In this document: positions 48,680-61,182 of the stretch, one piece after another
How the letters are laid out: each line of letters opens with the position of its first letter
Numbering within the stretch: position 1 is the first letter of the stretch
NCBI GenBank assembly: GCA_051313645.2
Contig: JBNRSN020000007.1
Location: forward strand, 194,556,001 to 194,620,000
DNA from: Centroscyllium fabricii
Taxonomy: Eukaryota
DNA: 64,000 bases
Reading direction: 5' to 3'
The notes under the pieces: model-generated
The model's input: the letters and a program-made list of their open reading frames with translations, nothing else
Databases searched by the model: none
What the model was told of the DNA's origin: nothing
Made by a program: the position numbers and the translations under genes

Positions 48680-49765
48680 TATTCAATTCATGTTCAATTC
48701 AATTCAAGTTTTATTGTCATTGCAGAGTACTAGTACAATACAACGAGACGAAGACTCGACGCTCCCGAGAGTAGTGCAAATAAATTACATGCAAATTGCA
48801 TACAGTAAAGTACATTTTCAGGTGTGCAGGTACCGGAGTTTATTTTTTAGAGTTCAGGAGGCTGACAGCCCTGGGGAAGAAGCTGTTCTTAAATCTAGTC
48901 GTGCGGGTGCAAATTGATCTGTAGCATCTCCCGGAGGGCAGGGGGGCGAACAGACTGGCTGGTGTGTGTGGGGTCTTTAATAATGTTCAGAGACCTCCAT
49001 AGGCAGCGTTTGAGGTAGATGCTTTCAATTGACGGTAGCTGGGTGCCGGTGATTCGTTGGGCAGTTTTGACTACCCGCTGCAGGGTCTTCCGGTCCGAGA
49101 TGGTGCAATTTCCATACCAGACTGTGATGCAGCTTGTCAGTATGCTTTCCCTTGTGCAGCGGTAGAAGTTGGAGAGGATGCCGGATGACAGCCTGGCTTT
49201 CTTCAGCTTCCTTAGGAGGTACAGGCGCTGTTGGGCCTTCTTAACCTGAGAGGAGGTGTTTAGTGACCAGGAGATGTCTTCCGAGATGTGGACCACGAGG
49301 AACTTGAAGCTTGACACCCTTTCCACCTCAGCCCCTTGGATGAAGATGGGGGGGTGTCTTCTGCTTTCAGTCCTCCGGAAGTCCGCTATGATCTCCTTAG
49401 TTTTCTTGGTGTTCGGTGCCAGGTTGTTGTCGGCACACCATCCCACAAGGCGCTGGATCTCATCCCTGTAGGCTGTTGTTTTTGATCTGGCCAACCACCG
49501 TGGTGTCGTCCGCAAACTTGATGGTCGTGTTGGAGCCATGGACAGCCGCACAGTCGTGAGTGAAGCGGGAGTAGAGGAGTGGGCTCAGCACACAGCCTTG
49601 TGGGGCCCCCGTGTTCAGGGTAAGGTGGGGGGGAGGTGAGGTTGCCTAACTTCACAGACTGGTCTGTTGGATAGGAAGTCCAGGGTCCAGTTGCAGAGGG
49701 AGGTGTTCAGGCCGAGGGTGAGGAGTTTGTTAGACAATTTGCTGGGGACAATGGTGTTGAATGTG
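48680..49765 (-). mobile_element. Rex1/Babar LINE 3' part (RT C-terminus and tail)
   Basis: YRDEIQRLVGWCADNNL..NTKKTKE...VERVSSFKFL...KKAQQRLYLLRKLKK...WYGNC...LQRVVKTAQ, with (ttgaa)n tail on the minus strand. Confidence 0.85.
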
Positions 49766-49899
49766 GCACGATACTTCAGTATCCTGTTAGCTCCACCGCG
49801 TCGAGCTGGGTAGGACTACACTCGCCTGCTTCCATTCTTATGTATCTAATCGTAGCCAGAGAATCATCTGCAATGGTTTCTCTTCCCACTCCCGCATCA

Positions 49900-50710
49900 T
49901 TACCTCTGCCCAAGGATTTACCCTTGGCCCCTTCCTATTTCTCATCTATATGCTGCCCCTCGGTGACGCCATCCAAAAACACAGCTTCCATTTTCACAGC
50001 TATGCTGGCGGCACCCAGCTCTACCTCACCACCACTTCTCTCGACCCCCCCCCCCCCCCCCCCCCGGCTATCTCTAATTGTCAGACTGCTTGTCCGACAC
50101 CCAGTGCTGCTTGAGCAGAAATTTCCTCCAGCTAAATATTGGGAAGACTGAAGCCATTGTCTTTGCGCCCTGTCACAAACTGTGTTCCTTAGCCACTGAC
50201 TCCATCCCCCTTCCCCAGTATCTGTCTGAGGCTGAACCAGACTGTTCACCAACTTGGTGTCCTATTTAACGCTGAAATTAACTTCTGTCCACACACCCGC
50301 CTGTTTCCACCTCTGTGACATTGCCCGACTCTACCTCACCTCATCTGCTGCTGAAACCCTCATCCATGCCTTTGTTACCTCTAGACTAGACTAGACTAGA
50401 CTAGTGCAGTCCTGGCTGGTTTCCCATGTCAATCCTCTGTAAACTTGAGGTCATTCAAAACTCTGCTGCCTGTGTCCTAACTCGCACCAAGTTCTGTTCA
50501 TCCATCGGCTTGCTGACCTGTATTGTGTCTTGATTTAAGCAATGCCTTGTTTTGTTTTTTAAATTCTCATCCTAATTTTCAAATCCCTCCATGGCCTCTC
50601 CACTCCCATCTCTAATCTCCTCCAGCCCCCGAGATATCTGCACTCCTCCAATTCTGGCCTCTTGAGCATCCCTGATTTTGATCATTTGCAGCCGTGCCTT
50701 CAGCTGCCTC
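49900..50710 (+). mobile_element. Degenerate L2 fragment
   Basis: SDCLSD..C.LSRNFLQLNIGKTEAIVF, and gaaaccctcatccatgcctttgttacctctagact. Confidence 0.7.
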
Positions 50711-51441
50711 TAACTAAAGGAAGGCTTGCATTTATATAGCGCCTTTCACGACCACCGGATGCCTCAAAGCACTTTACAGCTAATGAAGTACTTTTTTGAA
50801 GTGTAGTCACTGTTGTAATGGAGGAAATGCGGCAGCCAATTAGTGCACAGCAAATTCCCTCAAATAGCAATGTGATATGAGCAGATAATCTGCTGTTGTT
50901 GTTGATTGAGGGATAAATATTGGCCCCAGGACACTGGGGCCCTAAGCTCTGCAATTTCCTCCTTAAACCTCTTTCTACCTCTTTCCTTAAAACTCTTTGA
51001 CCTCTCTCTCTCTGAGTGAATCTGGAAGAGATTTGTTTCTCGTGGGCCTCCTGCGGCACCTGGGTTAGGGAGCAATCATATGCTATTTTGATGAGCTCAG
51101 CATCCTTCCCACTTGTGTTCCCAGTTTATGTATGCCTGGTTGAAGTGTTTCTCAACCCCCCCGCCCCCGTGTCCAGCACCCTCTGCTTACCCTTCTAACA
51201 CAGTCAAAGTGATTCATTTTTTATTTTAGCTGAGCAGTTTGTAGCAAACCCCAAACATGGTCAATAAGGAAGTGTCTGTAAGGCATTGCCAGGGAATTTA
51301 ATAACTTATTTTTTCTGCAATGATTGCTCAACTACCTCCTACACGTACACTTTGCATAAGGTAATTTCTGTTGTCTAGTACCCTCTTCCACACCCACGAT
51401 CCCTGCCCCCCCCCCCCCCCCCGCATGCCTTGTATGTTATA

Positions 51442-51807
51442 CAGGTTGAAGTTCGTTAATCCGGCACCCGAAAAACCGGCAACTTCGAACATCCGGCAAT
51501 AATTTCCCCGACTGCCCTGCACATGTGCAAAATGGCCACCGCGATCGATGCTTCGGCGGCGCATGCGCAGATCATTCACAATGGCCGATCTCGAGCCGAG
51601 CCTGGCCACTGCGAGCCTCCCTGAGCCTGGCCGTTGCGAGCCTCCCCAAACGATCAGCGCATGCGCAGACCACTCAAAATGGCCACCGGCCTTTCGCGGC
51701 GGCCATTTTGAATGGTATGCGCTCGCCGAAACTTCGATCGTTCGGGATTTTCACTTGTCCGGTACGGGCCTGGTCCCGCCCATGCCGGATTAGCGAACTT
51801 CAACCTG
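51442..51807. mobile_element. Tigger/pogo-like MITE (copy 6)
   Basis: TA|CAGGTTGAAGTTCGTTAATCCGGCA...TGCCGGATTAGCGAACTTCAACCTG|TA, a near-perfect 25-bp TIR. Confidence 0.9.
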
Positions 51808-53698
51808 TAGTCACTTCCATTGTCTGATTTGCAACAACAGAATAATCGTTTGCTATCAGTGCCCTTTTATATGAATATAAGTAAATTTTCTCCCAATTGA
51901 GTGTCTCAGTATGAGTAATATTGCAGGTAAAATCATAATTGCTTCAGAATCACCTTGCTGCAAAGGTTATTTACCTTGCGTGTAATTGTGGTTGGCCATG
52001 GAGCAGTTCCCTTTAAAGATGCGCTGGTGGAGCCATGTTCTACAAAGGCTCATGTAGTTGGGGAAGGTGTAATGTCTATTCCTGTAATAAAGGGTATTTC
52101 TGTCATGAGTATGTACTGCAGACCAAAAATACAGTAAATAGTGTAATTTTATCATCCTTATTACAGATGTAATGTGGGTGGTCATGAGCTTAACTGTTCC
52201 ATATTCCCTTGTTTATTTTAAGTTTTGAGAATGTTCCAAATAAATACTGTGGGTTTTTTAAGAATTTATCTGTTTTTGACCCAATTTTTTCACCTAATTT
52301 TGATGCTGTGCTGTTGTATACAGCCTCTTTTGTTCCCTCATTGTTATTTGGAAAGGAATGCATTACTGGGCCAGGAGAATCAGTTACTTTGACCTACTAG
52401 CCAAGCGCATCAGTAACTTTTACAATGTACCATAGAAAATGAACCATTGGAGCCATTGGGCAAACAAGCTGGTTAGCCTGCACGATTTCTATTTGGTACG
52501 GCGATTGAGAGCCCCAGCCTAGAGTTGTTTGCAGTCAATCGTGACTACCTGCCTTCAGAAAACATATACTTTAAAGTATGCAACACAAGCAGAAATTCAT
52601 TGTATACTAGTGTCTCAATTTCAGTCCTCTGGTTTGATGCACTGAGCTTCCTCAAGGTTCTTGCTTCAGTCTTCTAACTGCCTTTGGCTAGGGCCATAGG
52701 GAAAGCACCTCAGTGTTTCACTTCCATGAAGCCCTGGAAGGTGTGGTCATTTACGTTGCAGCATGCAAATTAAATTTGGTTCTGAGCAAACTAAAGTCAG
52801 CCATTTGAGCCCATGTGTTCTTGATCTCCAGCTTTTATAGTTCAAAACTGCGACTTTACTCTTCACATATAGTTGGTGAACTTTATGTTGTTGGTTCCTC
52901 TACCTAATGTCACTTGCAGATAAGTCCCATGTTCAGGCCTCATTTGTGTCTGAACGTGTTTGCCATTGTTGGGATAATATGAAGAAAAGAAAAATCATGT
53001 TTGTATAGCATCTATCCTGACCTCCGGATATCCCAGAGTGCTTCATAGCCAATGAAGTACTTTTGAATTGTAGCTACTGTTGTCGGAAAATATGGAAGCC
53101 AACAGTCTGCACTCGCTTAGTACTGCACTAAAGTAAAAGCCTAGATTATGTACTCCAGTTTCTGGCGTGGAGCACTAACCCATAACTTTTGGATTAAGAG
53201 TGCTACCACTGAGCCGAGGTGAACAGCTTGATAATAGCAGGAAGGTTTCTTGATTGAGAGGAAGTACTGTTGTGATTATACATGTAGGGCAACAGCTTGC
53301 AATGTGGATAGGGTGGAGTATCCTCATGGCAAAGTTACTTGTGTCTCACAGGATGAAATCATCAAAACAAATTACTAAACAAGTTAACAAAAGTGGTTTG
53401 AGAAGGGATTCCTTCCCTTTTATTGGATCTGGTTCACCAGAGAAGGATCAACATATGTACGCTCTGTACAGCAAGTACCTGGTGCAGTCCTTTCTCTCTG
53501 CAGTTACTGTCCTGGCATTTTTGTCAAGACTAGTGTTTGGGTATTATTTTGTAGCTGAAGGATCCGCTGTCTTGAGACCAGCTCCAATTTGTTATTTGTA
53601 ATATTTGGTAGTTGAACAAATGAGGAAAAGTGGCAAGCTATGGGTCACTACGCATGTCGTCTGCAGTTTATTTTTCTTTAAAAGTGGAAATTCTATTA

Positions 53699-53968
53699 CA
53701 GGTTGAACTTCATTAATCCGGCAGGGTCGGGGCCAGCACCGTGCCGAATTGTTGAAAACGCCGAATGATTGAAGCTTTGGCAGCAGCGCATGTGCAGACC
53801 ATTCAAAATGGCCGCAGCAAAATTTTGCATGCGCTCGCCAACGCATCAACCGTTCGGGGCGGCCCGGGCATGCGCGGCCGCCATATTGCGCAGGGCAGTC
53901 GGGGAAAACTTTGCCGGGCGACTGAAGCTGCCGGTTTTTGGGGTGTCGGATTAACGGTGCCCAACCTG
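53699..53968. mobile_element. Tigger/pogo-like MITE (copy 7)
   Basis: TA|CAGGTTGAACTTCATTAATCCG...CGGATTAACGGTGCCCAACCTG|TA. Confidence 0.88.
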
Positions 53969-54315
53969 TACCAGTAATTCACTTACTTTCAATGGCTTCC
54001 TTTTTGAAGTTCAACCTACATGTATATAGAGCATGCTTCATCTTTGACCCGATACTGATTTGAGGATATGGTGTCTTCAGTGCCTTTTTACTCCTGGAGT
54101 GCTGGTGCTTCCTTTTTCAGACAAAAGAACTGAGAGCAAAGCCTCTTAGTAGAGCAGGGAAAGATCTCTCAACAATTGGTGCCCTTTTCTTAAATTCGTC
54201 TCTGGGATGATGGCCCACATTAGTTTGTGTATGAAGCTGAATAAAGAATGACAATTGTTCCAAACGTGTAAAGTATCTTATTTTGCAATTCTGTTTGATT
54301 TGGTGTTCTTATTAA

Positions 54316-54848
54316 AGGCCCTGTCACACCTTGACGTTTTAGCTTGCGTATGCAAATTTGGCCGATACGCTGGTATACGTTGGACAAGTTATGGGTACGT
54401 TATGCATACGTTAAGAGCACGCTGGCCATAAGTTGTATAAGTCGTGATTTTTTGTGCATGCACAAAAAATCACGACGTATAAATGTTACGATTTATACGT
54501 TCCGCATACGCTGGACATACGTTGTAGGCACGTTAGGCGATCGTTAAACACACATTACCTTGCCCCGGTCATGCCCTGTCACACCTTGACGATTTAAAGC
54601 TAGCGTTTTCCAATTTTTTCTAAATTTATCTAAAACGTCGGCGATACGCTGCCTACGTTAGACTATCGTTGGGCATAAGTTGTGAACGCTAAGCATTCGT
54701 TATTGATACGCTCTGTGTACGTTACTAATACGTTACGCATACGTTATGCATACGTCCAATACTCCAAAAATTGAACAAAGTGTCGAAAGTTCAGCGTTTT
54801 AGCCTCATTTGCATAGGCTGGCTAAAACGTCTAGGTGTGACAGGGCCT
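54316..54848. mobile_element. PIF/Harbinger-like MITE
   Basis: ~40-bp TIRs AGGCCCTGTCACACCTTGACGTTTTAGC..., with TAA target duplication (54313-15 / 54849-51). Confidence 0.85.
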
Positions 54849-54986
54849 TAAGCGAACCAAATGGTTAGATATTTACTTTTCAGCGGTATAAACCTTTTTG
54901 AGTCAAATAGAAACGGAATTTTTGAATTTGTTTTTTAAGTAAGATCTGTGTTTCTCATGGTTCAACCATAACCCTTTGCTTTGCAG

Positions 54987-55105
54987 ACGGGAAGAAGTCT
55001 ATGATCGGTATTATCGTTATGATGATATTTTGCGAAGGAAAGAGGAGCCCTATCTGGACAGATTCCGGGAGCCGTGGGATCCCAGGGTACCTCGTGAAGT
55101 TGATG
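54987..55105 (+). CDS. NCOA5: NCOA5 coding exon 5
   Basis: tttgcag| (R)REEVYDRYYRYDDILRRKEEPYLDRFREPWDPRVPREVD |gtacgt. 119 nt, phase 2-1. Confidence 0.88.
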
Positions 55106-56573
55106 GTACGTCATAGGGCAGATATCCATGGTCAAGGAAGGGAATGGACTGAATTATGCATTATTGCACGTAGCCTAGCAAATGCTTTAGGTGATAGGTT
55201 TCAAGTTGTAGTTTATATACTTTGTATATGATTTTATCGTGCTCTAGCTTTTTGGTGGTCAGTATGGAAAATGATTTCAGATGTTTACCATACCTTTAGA
55301 TTCTTTTTCATTTTTCATCCTCCACATGAATAGGTACTTGTGGGAGAATCTTGGGACACTGCCTTTTAAGACTACATTCTGTCACTAGCCCCCTTGTCTG
55401 AAGCAGTCCTGCTGTGCCACATGAAAAATGTGGTAATTTCTGGCAGTAATTGTTTAAAATTCTCCAGTAGCCTGCTTGACAATCCAACCGGGCTTCCCCA
55501 GGAATGTGACCTAGAACCATAGTCAGGAGCAGGAGTCGGCCATTCAATGAGGTCATGGCTGATCTTCCAAATTCAGTACCCGGTTCCTGCCTTCTCCCCA
55601 TATCCCTTTACCCTCAAGAAACATATCTAACTCCTCCTATGCATAGTGATTCTAATAGAAGTGTGCTCGTTTCTCCAGCCATTGCAGCCAAGCGTATTCC
55701 TGTCCAACTTGGTTTCAGCATCCAGTGTGTTGGGGTATCCCAAACCCAAGGAGGCTGTGCTGACAGATGATCTGGCTTTCATGGCTGTACAGCTTTACAT
55801 TTTTCTAGGTGGCCTCCTTTCCACTAGATTGCTTCATGGTCATGCTGCTGGATTGATGCATCCTTTGAAAGGGATGGAACTAAAGTGAAACCTATGCAAA
55901 CAGACACGTGCAAATAACAGGCACTTATTGACCATCTCAAATAACTAGCAATAGATAAGGTGCACCTCAAAACCATGGATACTTGCATATTGGGAACTAC
56001 GGGCAGCTATCCGTGCTTTCAAATCTATCACTGGACGTGCAAGGTGGAAGAAACGGCTTTTATAGAATGGAGATCTCTTTACCCAGCATCAATAGCGGCA
56101 GAGAAACCGCTCTACCTTTGGGATTGAGTGCTTGCATGGCTCTATCCCAGGGATAGAGCATTTTTCTGCTACAATGGCTGTTGGGAAGCTTCCCATTCGA
56201 CAAAAGCCGGGAGGGAACTGCACCGTGCAACATCACGTCTCAAGTTTCCAAGAATAGGGAGCCATGAAATCGCATGGGGGGGTGGTCTGGCAAGTAGGGG
56301 CTCGAAGGCTGGGGGGGTTAACGGGGGAGAGATAATGGTGGGGGGAGGAAAGGAGATGGATAGTGGGGGCTTCAGAGGAGAAATGGAGAGAATAGTTTAT
56401 TTTCCCCGCCCTTGGTTTCCCCTCTACTCACAGGTGGCCTCCTGGGTCTTGGAACTTCTCGCCTAACAGCTGCTGGGGTGAAAAAAATCAGCTTGCAGCA
56501 AGCAGTAATCATAAGTGTGGTAGAACCGATAAATTTAAAATCTAAATTGGTTTAATGTGGATTTTTTTTCAAG

Positions 56574-56697
56574 ATCCTATGAGACGAGAGCGCCGAAGAG
56601 AAGAACTGTATCGGCAGTATTATGAAGAAATCCAGAGACGCTATGATGCTGAAAGACCTGTGGATTGTTCAGTTATTGTAGTCAACAAGCAGCAAAA
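56574..56697 (+). CDS. NCOA5: NCOA5 coding exon 6 (start of the conserved core domain)
   Basis: ttttcaag| (D)PMRRERRREELYRQYYEEIQRRYDAERPVDCSVIVVNKQQ(K) |gtgagt. Near-identical to recalled human NCOA5 RREELYRQYFEEIQRRFDAERPVDCSVIVVNKQTK. Confidence 0.93.
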
Positions 56698-57046
56698 GTG
56701 AGTTAAAGAGAGAAATGCTTGTATTTATATAGCGCCTTTCCATGACCCCCGGATGTCCCAAAGCACTTTACAGCCAATGAAGTACTTTTTGAAGTATAGT
56801 CACCATTGTAATGTAGGAAACATGGTAGCCAATTTCTGCAAGCAAGGTCCCACAAACCGCAATGTGATATCCAGATAACCTGTTTTGTGCTGTTGAGGGA
56901 TAAGGACTTAAATTTCAATTTTTATATCTGAGGAAAACATGGGTAAAATTGAATTCGCGTATTCGAGAGGACGGCTGTCTTTGTAATTCTGATTTGCCTG
57001 ATCTAACATACACAAACTATTTTTAACTGCTTGTGATCATACAGTA

Positions 57047-58048
57047 CAGGTTGTGCACCGAAAATCCGTGTCCCGAATAGCCGGCAGCTTCAGTCTGCTG
57101 GCACAAAAGTGCCCAGACTGCGCATGCGCAAGATGGCCGCCGCCATCGTGGCTTCGGCGAATGATCTGCGCATGCGTCGCCGGACGGTTAGCGCATGCGC
57201 AGATAATTCAATACGGCCGCCAGTTATTTTCCCGACAGCTGAGCCCCGTGACTGAGGCGGACAGTCACTAGGCAACAGCTGTCAGCCTGAGTCCGGCTCG
57301 GCGGCAGCAGCAACCCGAAAGGCGATGGAGAGGGAACGCGGACCCGTGCCCGATCTGCGCATGCGCGCGCCAGCCAATCCCAATGTTGTGCGCATGTGCG
57401 CGGCCATTTTAAATGGTGCGCATGTGCGCGGCCATTTTAAATGGTGCGCATGCGCGCGGCCATTTTAAATGGTGCGCGTGCGCGCGGCCATTTTAAATGG
57501 TGCGCGTGCGCGCGGCCATTTTAAATGGTGCGCGTGCGCGCGGCCATTTTAAATGGTGCGCGTGCGCGCGGCCATTTTAAATGGTGCGCGTGCGCGCGGC
57601 CATTTTAAATGGTGCGCGTGCGCGCGGCCATTTTAAATGGTGCGCGTGCGCGCGGCCATTTTAAATGGTGCGCGTGCGCGCGGCCATTTTAAATGGTGCG
57701 CGTGTGCGCGCGGCCATTTTAAATGGTGCGCGTGTGCGCGCGGCCATTTTAAATGGTGCGCGTGCGCGCGGCCATTTTAAATGGTGCGCGTGCGCGCGGC
57801 CATTTTAAATGGTGCGCGTGCGCGCGGCCATTTTAAATGGTGCGCGTGCGCGCGGCCATTTTAAATGGTGCGCGTGCGCGCGGCCATTTTAAATGGTGCG
57901 CGTGCGCGCGGCCATTTTAAATGGTGCGCGTGCGCGCGGCCATTTTAAATGGTGCGCATGCGCAGTGTCCAACCTCGTTCTCCCAGTTTTTTCTGTTTCC
58001 CGGCACGGGCCTGGTCCCGCCCGTGGCGGATTAATGGTGCACAACCTG
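57047..58048. mobile_element. Tigger/pogo-like MITE (copy 8) with internal 28-bp minisatellite
   Basis: TA|CAGGTTGTGCACCG...TGGTGCACAACCTG|TA. Confidence 0.9.
57390..57964. repeat. 28-bp minisatellite (GGCCATTTTAAATGGTGCGCGTGCGCGC), ~20 copies
   Basis: GGCC anchors at 57402, 57430, 57458 ... 57938, including two 30-bp variants. Confidence 0.95.
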
Positions 58049-59894
58049 TACTAAATATATGTAGAATTACTCTGGAATACTTTGCACTCTTAGAAGGAAC
58101 TTGTTGGAGTCTAGAGTTAGGAGTCTACATTGACTTGTCTATTTTTGTTAAAATTGGTTATTTTACAGATTTAGTTGAATGAAGTTATTTTCCTCCGTTC
58201 TGATTATCCACCGGCTCTGGCAGTGTGCTCTGATGCAGGAAAAGCAGTTTGAGCTGCACAACTGCCACCTGTGAATGATTCCCTGCCTTTCTTTTCTCCT
58301 TCCCCCCCCCCTTCTGGTTGAAATTAGGAACTCCTTTTGGTGAGGAGAATCAAATCTCTTTCCACTCTTATGCTCTGTGTATTTGTACTCTGAAGAACTG
58401 CACCACCTGTTGCAACGCAATTTGGCATTATTGGGCCAATGAGCCATTAATACTGTAGACGCCACAAATTTGAAAATGTTGATGGTGTTCCAAATGGCTG
58501 ATCTTTGGAAGTGGCTTGTAATGGGAAAAGAGGTACAAAATGAAAGGAAAGCTTAGAATTCATTAGTATTGTATACCCCAGAACTCTGCCATTTGGATAG
58601 CTGTTTATATATCCTGTTCTATTCCAGGAGGGGGGGGGGGGGGGGGGGGTTGTTCCTGGAAGCATCACATTGCTGTGAGCTTAGTGCTCTTTGTGCTTCA
58701 GTCTATAATGGACATTATGCCTCGGTCAAAACAAAAAGCATTAGGCTGCTTATTTACCTAGAGCCATCGATTTTATGGGGATTCATTTATGGTTCTTTTC
58801 GTTGCACTATAATAGGGTTCTATGGTACTGCTTTTGGGGCATGCTGTTGCCTACCAGGGATAGTTAAATACCAATTAAAAACCTATATTAAAGGGAGCGG
58901 TAAGGTGCAGTTTTTTGTTTTTGTCATTGCAGCAATAGAAACTAAACTCCAGGTTGATGAGGGCAAGTTACAAAGGCAATGGTTTCTCTTGTGGGACCTC
59001 TTGAGTGACTCTTCCTATAGAATCTATACAGCACTTCCCTTCAATTTAGCATCAGTTCTGTTTTCTCTGCCTGTAGTAGGTTCTGATTTTGTGATGCGTG
59101 TTGCAAAACAATATTTTTCCCATGTTTGGGATTGAGCACTATGTGCCAGCATTTATTCTTGTACCAACTGGCTACTCTTGCATCCTATATTCATGGATGC
59201 TTAATGTTCCAATTGCCACCTGCCTTTAGAGTGTTTCTTTAGGTATATAAGGGGGGTCAACTACTGGGAGCCTTTGGAAACCTTCATGTCTGGTACATAT
59301 AATTGTTGATGTAGCTATTTACGGTCTCTTCCTCTCTTCTCCCCCCCCCCCCCCCCCCCCCCCCACACAAAAGGCTGGGTCAGTCTACAGACCAGGTGTT
59401 AACTGGTGTGCCTCTGCCCCAGTGTACTCTTGCTGTATAGCTTGCCTGGTGCAGTTGAATAATTTGCACTGGCAATTCTAACTGAAACTTAACAGCTTTG
59501 GCAGGGTTATAAAATGTGGCAGTTTTTGTGCACTTGTTAATCCTGGACTCCAGGAAATTTCTCAATTTACATGTGTATGGGCTCCATTTCTCAGATCAGT
59601 CAACAAAAAACCTCTCCTTTAGCAGCGTTGCACAATAGACTTGGATATAAACTGCAAATTTCTGAATTTTGGGCTACTGACCAAACATATCTACTGGAGA
59701 TGCCTTTCGACAGAGAAGTTTACACTGACTGAAGCCCCTTGAGAGAGTGCATTTCTCCATGGTTGTTTTCCCACAATAGAAAGTTCCTATTATTAAGGAT
59801 GTGTTAACAATGCATTTGGAAAATCACTGGGCAGAGTCAACACAGTTGTGTGAAAGGGAAATAGTGTTTGATAAATCTATTGGAGTTTATTTTT

Positions 59895-60222
59895 TTAATC
59901 CATTGATGGGATGTGGGTGTCGCTGGCTGGCTAGGCCTGCATTTAGTGCCCATCCCTAATTGCCCTAGAGAAGATGGTGGTGAGCCGCCTTCTTGAACCG
60001 CTGCAGTCCATATGGTGTAGGTACACCCACAATGTTGTTAAGGGAGTTCCAGGATTTTGGCCCAGCGACAGTGAAGGAGCGGCGATACAGATCCAAGTCA
60101 GGATGGTGTGTGGCTTGGAGGGGAACTAGGTGGTGATGTTCCCATGCGTCTGCTGCCCTTGTCCTTCTAAGTGGTAGAGGTCGCGGGTTTGGAAGGTGCT
60201 GTTGAAGGAGCTTTGGCAAGTT
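59895..60222 (-). mobile_element. 3' fragment of the LINE family seen at 11445-13122
   Basis: Clearly homologous to 11450-11770. Confidence 0.75.
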
Positions 60223-61182
60223 ATTGTGGATATAACTAGCAGGATAAATGAGGGGGAACGAGTGGATGTAGTATATTTGGATTTTCAGAAGGCATTCGAT
60301 AAGGTGCCACATCAGAGATTGTTGCATAGGATTTAGGGCTCATGGGTTTGGAGATAATATGTTTGCATGGATTTAGGATTGGTTGCTTGACAGAAAAGAG
60401 TAGGAATAGCAGGGGTGGCAGAGTTTAACTAGTGCCTCAAGGATCAGTGCTTGGGCCTCTATTTACTATCTCTGTCAGTGACTTGGATAGGGGGACCGAG
60501 TGTAATATATCCAGGTTTGCTGCTGATACAAAGCTAGGTGGGAAAGTAAGTTGTGAGGAGGACACAGAGAGACTGCAAAGGGATATAGACCAGTTAAGTG
60601 GTTGGGCGAGAAGAAGGCAGATGGAGTGAAATGGGCCATCAATATATCGTCATCAAAAAACAAATAAGGAATTTAGAAGAAACTTCTTTACCCAGGGACT
60701 TGCGAGAATGTGGAACTTGCTACCTCGGAGTAGTTGAGGCAAATAGTATGGATGCATTTACAGGGAGGTTAGGTAAGCATATGAGGGAGAAGGGAATAGA
60801 GTAAGCTGATCGTTAGATGAGGAAAGACTGGAGGAGGCGTGAGTGGAACACAAACGCTGGCATAGATGGGTTTGGCTGACTAGCCTGTTTCTTTGCTGTA
60901 TATCATGTAATCCTATGTGTGGAAGTGAAAAATTAGCCACCTTAATGGAATCAAAAAGAATGTTCTTTTAGTAGGTGAGAGACTAGTAAATGTTGGTGGT
61001 CCTTGTACGCGATTCACAATGTTGATGTGCAGGTGTAGCAAGCAATTAGGAAGGAAAATGCTATGTTGGCCTTCATTGCAAGGGAGTTGGAGTACTAAAG
61101 GAAGGAAGTATTGCTGCAATTATATAGGGCTTTGGTGAGACCACGCCTTGAGTACTGTCTCCTTGCCTAAAGGAAGGATATA

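Noticed and set aside
57390-57964. CRISPR-like array
   Set aside because: Units are contiguous with no unique spacers, the context is eukaryotic, and there are no cas genes.
58569-59135. 188-aa ORF as the next NCOA5 exon
   Set aside because: Lacks the expected continuation (DYAESVGRKVRDLGM-like). No further NCOA5 exon was found in the window.
59340-59364. Long poly-C/poly-G runs (also ~27336, 50044, 51405, 58629)
   Set aside because: Homopolymers of unreliable length. G-quadruplex potential alone is not evidence of function.
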